Positions 18,035 through 28,125 of a stretch of DNA of 64,000 bases are shown in pieces. The stretch is from NCBI GenBank assembly GCA_046726415.1, contig JBKPAK010000013.1, forward strand, positions 8,330 through 72,329, written 5' to 3'. A model generated the notes under the pieces. It saw only the letters and a program-made list of their open reading frames with translations. It was not told where the DNA came from and made no database searches. Each line of letters opens with the position of its first letter. The stretch's first letter is position 1. The stretch is from Candidatus Methylomirabilota bacterium. GTDB lineage: Bacteria > Methylomirabilota > Methylomirabilia > Rokubacteriales > CSP1-6. The translations under genes were made by a program, and so were the position numbers.

Positions 18035-19044
18035 GGGGCGCCTCGTGGGGGCACGTCGCCGGTGGGGGAAGAGTGCCGTCGAAGATCGAGAGACGACGGC
18101 GCGTGGCCGGGAATTAGGAATGTGGAGGTCACGGGAGTCTGGTCGCTAAGATATCTCGTGCCGAGTGGCTGCAGACCGATGGCCGCGAGTAGCTTGCCGG
18201 CATGATCCAGGAGACGGATTAGATAACGGAGGAAGAGGTGCTGGCCCAGCGGAAGCAGGAAGGGGAGGAGGAGCGCATAGAGGGGAACGGCAGCGATAGA
18301 TCGCGAAATGCTTCTGGCATTGAGGAGGAGTCGCTCGTTCTGGCCGCGGAGAAGGGCTCTCCTTAGCAGGTAGCTACGTCTCCAGCGCTCAGGAGGCACA
18401 ACTTCATACACTACGGCTTCGTTGCACCAGACGAAGCGATGCCCCGCGTGAATCATCCGGCGAAAGAAATCCTGGTCTTCGCCCCCGTTACCAAACTCGC
18501 GCCGAAATGGAGGCTGGGTCCGATCCAAAAGCTTCTTCTTTACGAGGGCGTTGCCGGTGCGAGTCTGCTTCCAGTGCAATCGCTGGCCCGTGCGATGCTC
18601 CGGTCGCTCGCAGAACCTGCCCCGTATGAGCCAATTTGGGGGGGGCTGGTCAAAGAATGGTCTGACGGGGCCGAGCACACCGTCGGCGTCATGGGCCTCG
18701 CAGGCGCTGAGCAGCGTCGCCAGCCAGTCGCGCGCGGGGAACTCGTCGTCGTCGATAAACGCAACGTAATCACCTTTGGCGATGGCGATAGCCTTGTTGC
18801 GCGCCAAGGCTATGTTTTGCTCCGGCTCGACGCAGTAAGAGGTCGGGATAGAAGAAGCGGCGCTGAACGTGGTAACCACGGGTTTCGCGGACTGGAGACG
18901 GTCGTTGTCAGAGACGACTATGGAGTACGTGAATCGCCCGAAGGTGGCTTGGGCCTCGAGCTGCTCGAGAGTTCGCCGTAGGAGGTGTGGCCGCTTGTGC
19001 GTGCAAATGCACACGGCGATGGTGCTGATGGAGACCGCTGTCAT
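18031..19044 (-). CDS. Glycosyltransferase family 2 (ExoM-like)
   Basis: VCICTHKRP, VSDND, NIALARN, AFIDDDE, GGEDQDFF. ATG at 19044. Confidence 0.92.
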   Translation of the reverse strand: MTAVSISTIAVCICTHKRPHLLRRTLEQLEAQATFGRFTYSIVVSDNDRLQSAKPVVTTFSAASSIPTSYCVEPEQNIALARNKAIAIAKGDYVAFIDDDEFPARDWLATLLSACEAHDADGVLGPVRPFFDQPPPNWLIRGRFCERPEHRTGQRLHWKQTRTGNALVKKKLLDRTQPPFRREFGNGGEDQDFFRRMIHAGHRFVWCNEAVVYEVVPPERWRRSYLLRRALLRGQNERLLLNARSISRSIAAVPLYALLLPFLLPLGQHLFLRYLIRLLDHAGKLLAAIGLQPLGTRYLSDQTPVTSTFLIPGHAPSSLDLRRHSSPTGDVPPRGAP

Positions 19045-19373
19045 GCGCGGAGCCTGCTGGGAGCGCGCAGGATGCGCAAGCAGGCCGATCCGCGGCGGCG
19101 CGCGTCGCAAGGGCCACCGGCAGGGTGATCGAAGGGCTCGGGGTCGAGGCGTACCATGCCATCGACAAACAGGCGGCAGTTGCCGTTGAGGCGCGGTGAG
19201 GACAGTTCGCACGTCGGGTAACACGTTGGCCAGGCACACTCCGTACAGTGCTCGCCCCACGGCAGGATCGTTCGCCAGGCAATCCGGGATCGCAGCTCGG
19301 AGAACCTCGCCACGACCGTCGAGGGCAGGGTAGTACTTGATTCGAAGCCGCTGTCGACTTCAGGCTCATACAT
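19041..19373 (-). pseudogene. Cys-rich fragment, probably the N-terminus of a HAD-IIIC/FkbH-like protein
   Basis: MYEPE...LPWGEHCTECAWPTCYPTCEL..RLNGNCRLFVDGM, then low-complexity sequence; family recalled from memory only. Confidence 0.4.
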
Positions 19374-19492
19374 ATTGAGCGCCAGTGCTAGGGACGTGAC
19401 TTTTGGCGCCGCGTTCCAGCCCCGGCAGCATAGTCCCGAGATGAACCACAGTGATTGACAGACGGCGCAGGTCGTTGGCATGGAGGGGCGCG

Positions 19493-21316
19493 TCATGCCG
19501 GGTCAGCGAAGAGACGATGAACGAGCTCCAGGGTCAAGAGCCGGTGTAGCTCGGTTGTGTAGTTACGGTCGCCCTTGAGATGACCCCGCACCATTGTCTC
19601 GACGGATTTCCGGTCTAGATACGGCCGCGCCAGGGCCCGCGGATCCAGGAGGATGTCCTGAACGTAGCCGGAGAGGGCATCCCGGTACCACATGCGGAAG
19701 TGGCAGAACTTGTGCCGGCCGAGGAAGAGCCGTTCGAGACGAAACGAGCGAAGAAGGTGGTCGGCGCGTGCCAGGGACAGCGGCATCCCATAGTCATAGG
19801 CGTACTCGGCCTTTCGTGAAAGCTCGGAGAGACCGCGAGAGATCTTGGCCCGCAGGGGCCCGCGGTCGCCGCCAAGGCCGCGATCGGTCGGAATTCGCGC
19901 GAGGGCAGGGTCTCCATCCGCGATGAGGCGGAGGCAAAGATCGTCCCTCGTGATGGTGGACGCTGGCGCACGAAAGACGAGTCGGACGAGTTCGTTGTCG
20001 AGATAGGGGGATCGAAGGGATAGCTGACTCTGCTCCAGCGCGAGGAGGCCATAGTGGTGCCAGGGGGCCTGGCGAAAGACGGCAAAGGACAACGGGTGCC
20101 CTTGCACGAGGGAGCGAAACGTGTCCCCGGCTTGCTGGGTGTAGCGGACAAGCTCGGGATGAAAGAGCCCAGGCAGAGGCTCGTGTGGCTTGAACGCGAC
20201 AACCTGGCGGAGCACCTCACTTCCATAGTTTCCCGTCATTCGCACAGGAGCAATCTCCCGCGCCCGCTCGTTGGCATAGAGGTCGGGGCAGTGACTGACG
20301 TCGACGCATCCATCGGTAAGATAGACCGTGCGCTCGGCGTAGCGGGGAAAGCGGGAGAGAAAATCCTGGCCGATCGAGATCACCTCGTGGGACTGCGCGC
20401 TTGCCTCCGCCACCTGCCGCGCAACGCGAACATCGTGGCACTCGCGGAACATCCCACCGAAGGTGTAACAGGGGAGGGATCGCGGAGGGGGCTTGTACCA
20501 GGCCATGATCATCCGGGTATCCAGTCCTCCGGTCAGGGACATTCCGACCGGTTCCCGTCCTTCGAAGTACCGAGGGAGATTCCGCGCGAAGATCTCCCGC
20601 AGTTCCCGGTAGAATGCTTCCTCGTCGAGGGGGGGCTGATCCTCCCACGCCGAGCGTCGGAAGTACATGCCCATCTGCTCGAGCGCGCCCCTCCGGAAGA
20701 CCCACGCGGCGGCCCCGGGCAGCACGTAGATCCCTTCGAACAGGGTCCGATCCTCCATGACGCAGCCACAGGCCACGAACTCCCCCAGGCCCCGGGGATC
20801 CACGCGGCGGAGCTCGGGGCGTACGGCCAGAATTGCCTTGGCCTCGGCCCCGAAGTAGAAGGCCTCCTTCGATTCGTGGTAGTACAGCCGATGCATCCCG
20901 TAGCGGTCGTTGAAGAGCGTCGCTGTTCCGCGGATCCGATCCACGAGGAGACCGTGGAATCGGCCGTTCAGTCCCGCCAGAAACGAGGCGTCCTCCTCGT
21001 AGAGGTGGGCGGAGTACGAGATGCCTTTCGGGTCGAAATGGTTCCCACGGCTTGTGAGATCGTGTACCATCCCCGACTGAGAGAACTCCTCACCAGAGAA
21101 GGCAAGAACGACGTCTTCCCGCCCATTGCGGAGGGGCACGTCATCAGACCAGGAGTCCCTTCTCGCAGCCCAGCCCACGTACACGCCGAGCGACTCATCG
21201 ATCCAAGTGCCGGTCCGGTAGAAGGGCTCATGCCGAAGCGCTTCGACCATCTTCAGCAGCTTAGGCTCCGCCAGTGTGCGCGGCATCCTGGTAAGAAGAC
21301 CGACGATTCCCGGCAT
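19493..21316 (-). CDS. Asparagine-synthetase-like amidotransferase with Cys1 replaced by Pro
   Basis: MPGIVG N-terminus, LNGRFHG, NDRYGMHRLYY, FGAEAKAIL, SLTGGLDTR, MTGNYGSE, RSPYLD. ATG at 21316. Confidence 0.85.
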   Translation of the reverse strand: MPGIVGLLTRMPRTLAEPKLLKMVEALRHEPFYRTGTWIDESLGVYVGWAARRDSWSDDVPLRNGREDVVLAFSGEEFSQSGMVHDLTSRGNHFDPKGISYSAHLYEEDASFLAGLNGRFHGLLVDRIRGTATLFNDRYGMHRLYYHESKEAFYFGAEAKAILAVRPELRRVDPRGLGEFVACGCVMEDRTLFEGIYVLPGAAAWVFRRGALEQMGMYFRRSAWEDQPPLDEEAFYRELREIFARNLPRYFEGREPVGMSLTGGLDTRMIMAWYKPPPRSLPCYTFGGMFRECHDVRVARQVAEASAQSHEVISIGQDFLSRFPRYAERTVYLTDGCVDVSHCPDLYANERAREIAPVRMTGNYGSEVLRQVVAFKPHEPLPGLFHPELVRYTQQAGDTFRSLVQGHPLSFAVFRQAPWHHYGLLALEQSQLSLRSPYLDNELVRLVFRAPASTITRDDLCLRLIADGDPALARIPTDRGLGGDRGPLRAKISRGLSELSRKAEYAYDYGMPLSLARADHLLRSFRLERLFLGRHKFCHFRMWYRDALSGYVQDILLDPRALARPYLDRKSVETMVRGHLKGDRNYTTELHRLLTLELVHRLFADPA

Positions 21317-21329
21317 CCGTCCGGCTCGG

Positions 21330-22226
21330 TTAGAGCGTTTCCTTCGCGGTTTGCAGCCGTCGGAAGTGCCACAGACTCCGCAATCTACGGAGTCGCGCGA
21401 GGAGCGAGTCAGGGAGGCGCTCGACGAGCCCGTGATGGAGACGCAGCTCGAGGGCCACACGGCCCGCCATGGTTAGTGGAACGTAGTAGCGAGGTAAGTC
21501 GACTTTCCGAAACCCATTGTATTCTTTGAAGTCACTGAGACTATCGCGTTGCTTCCTACCGTAAGCAAACTGCGAGTACACGAGAAAAGGAATTCGACGC
21601 TCCGCACAGGACCGAACGGCTTGGGCGATCAAGGCATTAGTTGGAGCTTTGTCTCGGTGTTGGATCATCGAGAGAATCTGCATGAGGCCGGCTTGGGTCT
21701 GGGTGTCGTCGCTGACTAGCTTGGCAAAACCGATAATCGTGTCTCCGAGAAACGCCCCTAGATAGACCGAGCGCTCGAGAAAGGTCGAGTTCTCTCTGCG
21801 CACGGTCTCGAGGTCGTCCCCGTAGTGCCGGAAGCGCCTCCCTTGACGTACTGGCGACTCATTGTAAATCGCCGAGATTCCCCGAACGAAGGCATTGTCG
21901 AAGGGCACCTCGCGCACCGTGACGCCTCTCTTCTCAGCGAGCCTAACTTTGTTCCTCACTTTGAAATTGATCTGTTGCCCCCACCAGTGGTCGAATGTCG
22001 ACACCGGCAGAGTAGCGGCGTTGTCCCACTCCATCGGATAGTCGTATTTCGGAGAAGTGTCGGGCAGCCTCTGCATGAATGTGAAGAGATCGATCCGAAC
22101 GGCGGCCGAACGAAGACTGGCGATCGCCGCTTGCGGCTCTTCCAGGAACTCGTAGCCGTCGGCCTCCAGGCGAGCGATACGGACTAAACATCCCTCGATT
22201 CTGATCTCCTTATCGCAGACCCTCAC
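21330..22226 (-). CDS. GNAT-like hypothetical protein of EPS clusters
   Basis: KVRNKVRLAEKRGVTVREV, YLGAFLGDTIIGFAKL, LSDFKEYNGF resemble the FemAB-type GNAT C-domain. Confidence 0.65.
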   Translation of the reverse strand: MRVCDKEIRIEGCLVRIARLEADGYEFLEEPQAAIASLRSAAVRIDLFTFMQRLPDTSPKYDYPMEWDNAATLPVSTFDHWWGQQINFKVRNKVRLAEKRGVTVREVPFDNAFVRGISAIYNESPVRQGRRFRHYGDDLETVRRENSTFLERSVYLGAFLGDTIIGFAKLVSDDTQTQAGLMQILSMIQHRDKAPTNALIAQAVRSCAERRIPFLVYSQFAYGRKQRDSLSDFKEYNGFRKVDLPRYYVPLTMAGRVALELRLHHGLVERLPDSLLARLRRLRSLWHFRRLQTAKETL

Positions 22227-23048
22227 TTAGACGCCTCCTCTACCCAGGCGTCGGCACCGAGGCAAGGCTGACGGGGGTGCGATCCTGACGCCCAGGCTGC
22301 ACCACGGACTGCGCCCACCCGCGAGGAAGTGATATTCGTCATGATTGACGGGATGAGCCTCCACTTCGACGGCGAATCGGCGAGCCAGCGAGGCAATCCG
22401 CTGCAGCCGGTCAAGAGGGTGAACTGGCGCTAAAGAAAAGAAGAAGTCAACGAGGCGGTGGCGTCGCTTGAGTACCCCGTCCATGCAGCGACGATAGAGG
22501 CGGTTCCCGAGACTCTTCTCGCCCGGCTGAAAGGAGAAGTTTCGCCGTACGAGCGTCCCCGCGGGGAGCAACCGCCCGAGCAGGACGTTGGCGCAGAGGT
22601 GCATGTGATGGTGGCCATCGATGCGGTCGGGGACGGCTCCGTACAGACGCTGGAACTCATCGAGTTGGGCGGCCGCGACGGACTCGAAGGCTCGGGCGAG
22701 GCCGGGATGAAAAACGACCTGGCTCAGCCGATGGCGTCCGAGGTAGCGGGCGAGCTGCTCCTGGCGTTGGCGGAGCGGCGCCGGGCACGTCGGAGCGGAA
22801 AAGGCCGTGGTGAGGTTCAGATGAAGGCCGGCCTCGATGCCTTGTTCAAGGGCGATGGTCGCGGCGCGCTCGGAATCCTCCATGAAGACCATGGCGCTCA
22901 CCGAGGAAACCGCTCCGCGCCGGGCGCAGTCGAGCGTCCGGTCCGTCGTCAGGAGGTCGCGCCCCCAGTCGTCGGCGTTGACGATGAGGAGGCCGGGTGT
23001 CGATGGGACGCGAGGCAGGTTCAAGAAGGGGGCGACAGCGCGGTTCAT
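22227..23048 (-). CDS. ChbG/HpnK (YdjC) family carbohydrate deacetylase
   Basis: LIVNADDWG, SSVSAM, GLHLNLT, IDGHHHMH, AHP. Confidence 0.92.
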   Translation of the reverse strand: MNRAVAPFLNLPRVPSTPGLLIVNADDWGRDLLTTDRTLDCARRGAVSSVSAMVFMEDSERAATIALEQGIEAGLHLNLTTAFSAPTCPAPLRQRQEQLARYLGRHRLSQVVFHPGLARAFESVAAAQLDEFQRLYGAVPDRIDGHHHMHLCANVLLGRLLPAGTLVRRNFSFQPGEKSLGNRLYRRCMDGVLKRRHRLVDFFFSLAPVHPLDRLQRIASLARRFAVEVEAHPVNHDEYHFLAGGRSPWCSLGVRIAPPSALPRCRRLGRGGV

Positions 23049-23983
23049 GGCCGTACCCTGGAAAGAGCGAGGCGCAGTCGCTGCATCTGCTCGCGTCGGT
23101 GGAACTTGACGAGTTCTGAAGAGACTGGTCTCTCGACCCTGCCCACAAGCGCTCGCAAGTAGCCGACCAGGAGAACCAGGCCGCCCACGACATAGGGCTT
23201 CCGCGTGGCCTGGAAGGCCGCCCGGCAGAACTCCCAGAGGGGATGGCCCCCGAGAAAGTAGTCCTGCCGCCCGAGCTTGTACAAGGCCTGGAACGGGCCC
23301 GCGGCGGCCGTGCCCATCGGGCGATGGTGGTGGCAGACGCGCTCGAGGAACGTTCTCGTCTTCCAGCCCCTCATTCGGGCCGTCGTCACGGCGATCCAGT
23401 CGATACCGCCTCCCGCGACCGGCACGTATCCGCCAATCTCCTCAAAGCATGCCTGCCGGAAGAGCTGACAGGCGCCCGAGACATGTTCCACGTTGGTGAA
23501 GCGGTAGTCGTAGGACACGTCTCCTTCGACGAAGGGGGTTCCGGCCACGCCAAGCCGGGCATCTTCAGCGAACTTGCCGAGGAGAAACTCGAAGTAGTCT
23601 TTCTCGAAGGTGATGTCCGCGTCGAGGTTCCCGATGATGTCATAGGTTTCCCCGGCCAGCGCCTCGTACCCGGAATTGAAGCATCGCACCTTGGCCGCAA
23701 AGTGCCGCTCCGCGTGCTCGGGCCGGCGAATGAACCTGATCCACGGATGCTGAATCGCCTGGGTCCTGACGATGTCATCGGTGCGGTCCGTCGAGCCGTC
23801 GCTGACAATGATCCATTTCCGCGGCAGCACGGTCTGGGCGGCGACGGACTCGATGGTGGCCCGGATGAACGTCTCCTCGTTTCGCGCCGGCGTGATCAAG
23901 ACGTAGGTGAGGAGTTGCCGTCGCGACATGGTCTGGGTTCCCACCCGGGCATCAGATTCGAACCCAGGTGTCAAGGCTCTCAT
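23045..23983 (-). CDS. Glycosyltransferase family 2
   Basis: YVLITPARNEE, VSDGSTDRT, GNLDAD, SGACQLFR. Confidence 0.92.
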   Translation of the reverse strand: MRALTPGFESDARVGTQTMSRRQLLTYVLITPARNEETFIRATIESVAAQTVLPRKWIIVSDGSTDRTDDIVRTQAIQHPWIRFIRRPEHAERHFAAKVRCFNSGYEALAGETYDIIGNLDADITFEKDYFEFLLGKFAEDARLGVAGTPFVEGDVSYDYRFTNVEHVSGACQLFRQACFEEIGGYVPVAGGGIDWIAVTTARMRGWKTRTFLERVCHHHRPMGTAAAGPFQALYKLGRQDYFLGGHPLWEFCRAAFQATRKPYVVGGLVLLVGYLRALVGRVERPVSSELVKFHRREQMQRLRLALSRVRP

Positions 23984-25613
23984 TCAGACCAATGTCGGCG
24001 TAGCCGGTCGGAGCGGCTGCGCCGAGCTCGAACCCGTCGCGGTCTGTCCGCACCTTGTGGACACGCAAGCGCAAGCCGGGAAGACTCTTGCCCTCGCCAA
24101 GCGAGACGCGGGCGCGCACCGCGGTGGAGTCCCATACGACGGACTGAAAGACCGCGGAGCGGCGCTTCCGGAACCACGCGACCGCCTGGGACGCGGTGGG
24201 GAACCACGCGTCCGCAGCCTTCAGATCGTCGACCACGTCCTTGTACACGCGTCCCCACAGCCGCTCGGGCGCGATACTCCGGTCGTGCCAGTTCACCGTC
24301 ACGATGCCCCCAAACCGACAGGCGTTATCGATGATTCTCCGCACGGTGTCCCGGGCTTCCCGGGGAGCCAGATTGAGATGGCCAGGATAAAAGAGGGCGG
24401 TGTCCATCACGTGCAGGGGCAACTCGAGCAGCCGGGTCGCGTCAAGGGGCTTGAACACCTGCGTGGTGCCCGCCCGGTACCCGACCGTCTCGTTGTAGCC
24501 GCTCGTCGAGTCGTAAGCGAACCCCGCTTTCTCGAGGACGGCCGGAGAGCCATGGGCCCGATAGAGCCAGTGCATTCGGATGCCCATGTCCGGCGCCTCA
24601 GTGATCCGCGCAATTTCCGTCCGTTCCTCGTGGCCCCTGGCACTGTCGAGCCAGGCATCGATGCCGTGAACCCCGATCTCGGACCCGGCTGACATCAGGC
24701 GGCGCAGCCCATCGGCGATATCGCGGGCCCCGTACCGTGCGGCGCGGAGTCCGGGGGCCGACCCGTGGGCAGTTCGTCCGGGACAGTTCTTGAAGGGGAT
24801 GACGAAGAAGGTCGAACCAGCGCCGGGGTCGATGTCGCGGTAGCCGGCCAGATCATCCCAGAAATCCTTGGCCACGCCCAGATGGATGAACGGAAGCCGC
24901 AAGGCCGCTGTCCAGTTGGTGAACAGGTCACCCACGGATGCCCGCCCACGGCACACGTTCAGGGCAGACCCCACGCACGCCCGGTACAGGAAGCCGAACG
25001 AGGTGCGGTCCCACTTGTGGCGTCGAATCGAGGGATGATCCACGTCGTGCGTCAAGCAGGCGATGAGGCGATGGCCGTCCGGCACGGGTGGGATCTCGAC
25101 CAGAGGCGTGGCCGACCAGGTCATCAACTCGCGAAGAAGGGCGATGTGGAGCTCCAGCGCAGCGATGGCCGCGTTCTCGAGGGGCTGACCCTCCGTGAGC
25201 AACTCGCGGACCTCCCGAAACAGGTCATAGCCGATGCGCACCACCACCCGGCCACCGGAGCGAACCCGGTAGGCCGCGGTCTGCTGGGGATGACCCTCGG
25301 TGGCCAGCCCGATTCCTGCCTCCCGGAACGTGACGTTCCGCCCGTAGATCGGTAGCCGCGCGCCGGCGTAGGAGAGGATGATCCCCGTGCCCTGTGCCGC
25401 GACGGGTATCCGCGCTTCCTCGTCGGCAGGCGTCCGCGCCCCGGAGTAGATCAGGACGAGCTTCGCGGGGGCTCCGCACGTGCGACCCCCCTCCGTGGAC
25501 AGCAACACCTCGTACGTCCGGCCGGATCGACAGAGTTCCCACGGGGTCTTGAAGAGTTCGAAAAACTCTCGGACCACGTCGTGTTCTCCTGGATCCGCAA
25601 GGACTCCGATCAC
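23952..25613 (-). CDS. NodB-type polysaccharide deacetylase-like protein
   Basis: CLTHDVD, STFFVIP, EIGVHG, GIRMHWL, YDSTSG..VGYRAGT, ELPLHVMDT, VNWH. GTG at 25613 overlaps the upstream stop. Confidence 0.8.
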   Translation of the reverse strand: MIGVLADPGEHDVVREFFELFKTPWELCRSGRTYEVLLSTEGGRTCGAPAKLVLIYSGARTPADEEARIPVAAQGTGIILSYAGARLPIYGRNVTFREAGIGLATEGHPQQTAAYRVRSGGRVVVRIGYDLFREVRELLTEGQPLENAAIAALELHIALLRELMTWSATPLVEIPPVPDGHRLIACLTHDVDHPSIRRHKWDRTSFGFLYRACVGSALNVCRGRASVGDLFTNWTAALRLPFIHLGVAKDFWDDLAGYRDIDPGAGSTFFVIPFKNCPGRTAHGSAPGLRAARYGARDIADGLRRLMSAGSEIGVHGIDAWLDSARGHEERTEIARITEAPDMGIRMHWLYRAHGSPAVLEKAGFAYDSTSGYNETVGYRAGTTQVFKPLDATRLLELPLHVMDTALFYPGHLNLAPREARDTVRRIIDNACRFGGIVTVNWHDRSIAPERLWGRVYKDVVDDLKAADAWFPTASQAVAWFRKRRSAVFQSVVWDSTAVRARVSLGEGKSLPGLRLRVHKVRTDRDGFELGAAAPTGYADIGLNESLDTWVRI

Positions 25614-26848
25614 TGTGCCGGCTCCTCCGAGGCCATCCGCCAGGCCAGATGAGCGAGGGCCTTGAACATCGTGGCTTGCCCCCAATGGAGCATGGGGGTG
25701 GCGGCCTTCAGCAGGGGATAACGCCGATAATGGAAGTAGCCCCGCGGGTCCTGCATGTTCCCGATCGTCCACGCCGCCACCCGCTTCGCGAGGTCCAGAC
25801 ACTCAGGATCTGAGTCGGCGAACAGAGCGAGCGTGTCGACCGCCTGGGCCGCGCACTGGATATCCACCGGGTACGTTCGGGTGTGGTAGTACCTGGGGCG
25901 CCCGCTATCCTCGACGAAGTGCGCCTTGAAGAAGGCCAGGCCCCGCGCGAGATGGGGCCGAAACTCCTCGTCCCCGCTGGCGTCGATGTAGTAGCGAAGG
26001 CTGTCGAGGTTGTAGCCGGTGTGGAAGTTGTCGATCCAGTGATACTTTGGCTCCTCCGCATACCACCAGGATCCGTCCGGGAGTTGCCGCGAGCAGCTGT
26101 AGTCCATGGCGGCGCGCGCCACCCGTCCGCACGCCTTGCTCCCGGTGTGGTTGGCCGCCCGGGCGAGAAGACTCGCTCCCAACATGTTGGCGTTGTGAAC
26201 CGAAATCTGCCGGTCGGCAAGATAACTGAGACACTCGCCCCGCGTGGTGGTCTCGCGGGGCAGCTCGAGGATCCATCGGCACGCGCTGTCGGCAATGTTG
26301 AGGAACCAATCGTGCCCCGTCAGCTCGAACGCGTCCAGGTAGGCATGGCCGTTCAGGCTCGTCCACACGATGATCGGGGCTTCCTTCGTGTACAGGCCTC
26401 CGCGCCCGACGAAGTCATAGTGATTGCTCCAGCTGTGATGCCGGAAGCGCGGAGCTTTATGGGCAGCCAGCCATTCCAGGCAGCGCGTCGCCTTGTCGAG
26501 ATGCTCTGCCTGGCGCGTGGCTCGATAGAGCGTCAGATATCCCCACGCCATGTAGCCGCGGCCCTTCGTGGAGTCTTTGGGGCTGACTCCGAGCAGCGGC
26601 CGCAGATTCCAGGGGCATTGACGGATGACTTGCTGCAGGATGCGCTCAGCGAGCTGGTTGCCACACGCGAGCGGGCGCGCCCAGGATGACAGTCCATCAA
26701 ACGGCTCGTAGCCGCGGTACTCTCGTTGCTCCACCCACGCGGCTACTCGCTCGAGCGTCCGCATGACATCGCGGCGGGCGATCGCGGGTTGACCACGCGC
26801 GATGGTGATTGCGCCGCCGAGCTCAGGCGCTGTCCCTCGATGACGCAT
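25610..26848 (-). CDS. Six-hairpin (alpha/alpha) barrel protein of EPS clusters (glycosidase/epimerase-like)
   Basis: GYEPFDGL, VHNANMLGA, QLPDGSWWY, WIDNFHTGY, YPVDIQ, MQDPRGYF..HWGQA. ATG at 26848 (TGATG overlap). Confidence 0.7.
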   Translation of the reverse strand: MRHRGTAPELGGAITIARGQPAIARRDVMRTLERVAAWVEQREYRGYEPFDGLSSWARPLACGNQLAERILQQVIRQCPWNLRPLLGVSPKDSTKGRGYMAWGYLTLYRATRQAEHLDKATRCLEWLAAHKAPRFRHHSWSNHYDFVGRGGLYTKEAPIIVWTSLNGHAYLDAFELTGHDWFLNIADSACRWILELPRETTTRGECLSYLADRQISVHNANMLGASLLARAANHTGSKACGRVARAAMDYSCSRQLPDGSWWYAEEPKYHWIDNFHTGYNLDSLRYYIDASGDEEFRPHLARGLAFFKAHFVEDSGRPRYYHTRTYPVDIQCAAQAVDTLALFADSDPECLDLAKRVAAWTIGNMQDPRGYFHYRRYPLLKAATPMLHWGQATMFKALAHLAWRMASEEPAQ

Positions 26849-28125
26849 CACCGGACACCGCCTCCCCTGCCCACCAGCTCCTCTACGAGCCCCAGCAGGA
26901 CCTCGCGCTCCTGACGCCAGGCGTGCTCCCAATACATCTTCTGGCCCCGTCTGACCACTTCCGCCGCCCCGCCAGGGTCGGAGCGCACGGCCTCGATCTT
27001 CCGTGCCAGGTCGTCCGCGTCGCCGATCTCGAAGAAAATGAGGGCGTCTTCGCTGAAGTAGTCCAGAATACCGCCGGCCCGCGGAGCGATCACGGGCCTC
27101 CCGACCGCCAGGTACTCGAAGATCCGCGTCGGTGTGTTGAGCTCCGTGAAGACGCTCCGGTGATTGGGAATGATCCCCACGTCACATTCTTCGATGGCCG
27201 CGACGATCTCCTCGAGTCGCCTGGGCCCGAGGTACCGAACGGCCTCGGCCAGACCCCGGGCATGGACCGACTCCATCACGCGGGTCAGAAACTGGTTCTC
27301 GTGACCGTAGATCCTCAGCTCCACGCGGGCGCCGGACGCTCGGAGGCGCGCCACGGCCTCGACGGCCAGCGCGAGACCGTTTCGCTCGACCAGAGAGCCG
27401 TGATACATGATCACGAACGGACGGCTGACATCCTGGCGCACCGCGCTCTCCGAGCCTAACCGCCGCGATCCGAAGATCTCCTCATCGGGGGAATTCATCA
27501 CGACCTGGATCTTCTCCGGCCGGCAGCTCCGCGACTCGAACAGCCTCTTGCAGGCGAGATTGACGGTGAGGGCGAGGTCGGCCTGTCGGATGCTCCACTT
27601 CTCCAGGCGCTTCAGCGTGCGAACCCACACGCTCTCCTGGTCGAGGTTGAAAATGGTCATCATCAACTCGGGCATCGGGTCGTGCAGATCGAGAATCACC
27701 TTCGCCCCAAGGGCCTTCGGGACCAAGGCGCTCAGGACCAGGATGTCCGGCATGTTGTGGACATAGACGAGGTCGTAGCGCCGGGTCAGCGACCGCGCGG
27801 TCAGGGTGGTCACGGACGCGAGCACGAATGCCGCGTACTGGAACATGTAGCCGGCGGCTCCCCCGCGGCGCCGCTCGAGGGGAAGGCGGAGGATGTCGAC
27901 ACCGTTCACGGTCTCACGCCTCGCATCCCCTCCGGCCGCCCTCAGACAGATGAGGTCGACACTCATGCCTTCCTTGACGAGGGCCTCCGCCGCGCGCCGC
28001 GGCCGTGGATCCGCCGGATAGTAGGAGAAGACGACCATGGCCGCGCGCTTGCCTCGGAGGGACCGCCCTGGGGGCAGGCGCGCCGAGGACCCGGGCCGGG
28101 CGAGAACCGGGGTGGTAAATGCCAT
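26848..28125 (-). CDS. Glycosyltransferase family 4
   Basis: YPADPRPRRAA, VYVHNMPD, LDLHDPMPE, YHGSLVERNG, PTRIFEYLAVGRPVI. ATG at 28125. Confidence 0.93.
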   Translation of the reverse strand: MAFTTPVLARPGSSARLPPGRSLRGKRAAMVVFSYYPADPRPRRAAEALVKEGMSVDLICLRAAGGDARRETVNGVDILRLPLERRRGGAAGYMFQYAAFVLASVTTLTARSLTRRYDLVYVHNMPDILVLSALVPKALGAKVILDLHDPMPELMMTIFNLDQESVWVRTLKRLEKWSIRQADLALTVNLACKRLFESRSCRPEKIQVVMNSPDEEIFGSRRLGSESAVRQDVSRPFVIMYHGSLVERNGLALAVEAVARLRASGARVELRIYGHENQFLTRVMESVHARGLAEAVRYLGPRRLEEIVAAIEECDVGIIPNHRSVFTELNTPTRIFEYLAVGRPVIAPRAGGILDYFSEDALIFFEIGDADDLARKIEAVRSDPGGAAEVVRRGQKMYWEHAWRQEREVLLGLVEELVGRGGGVR

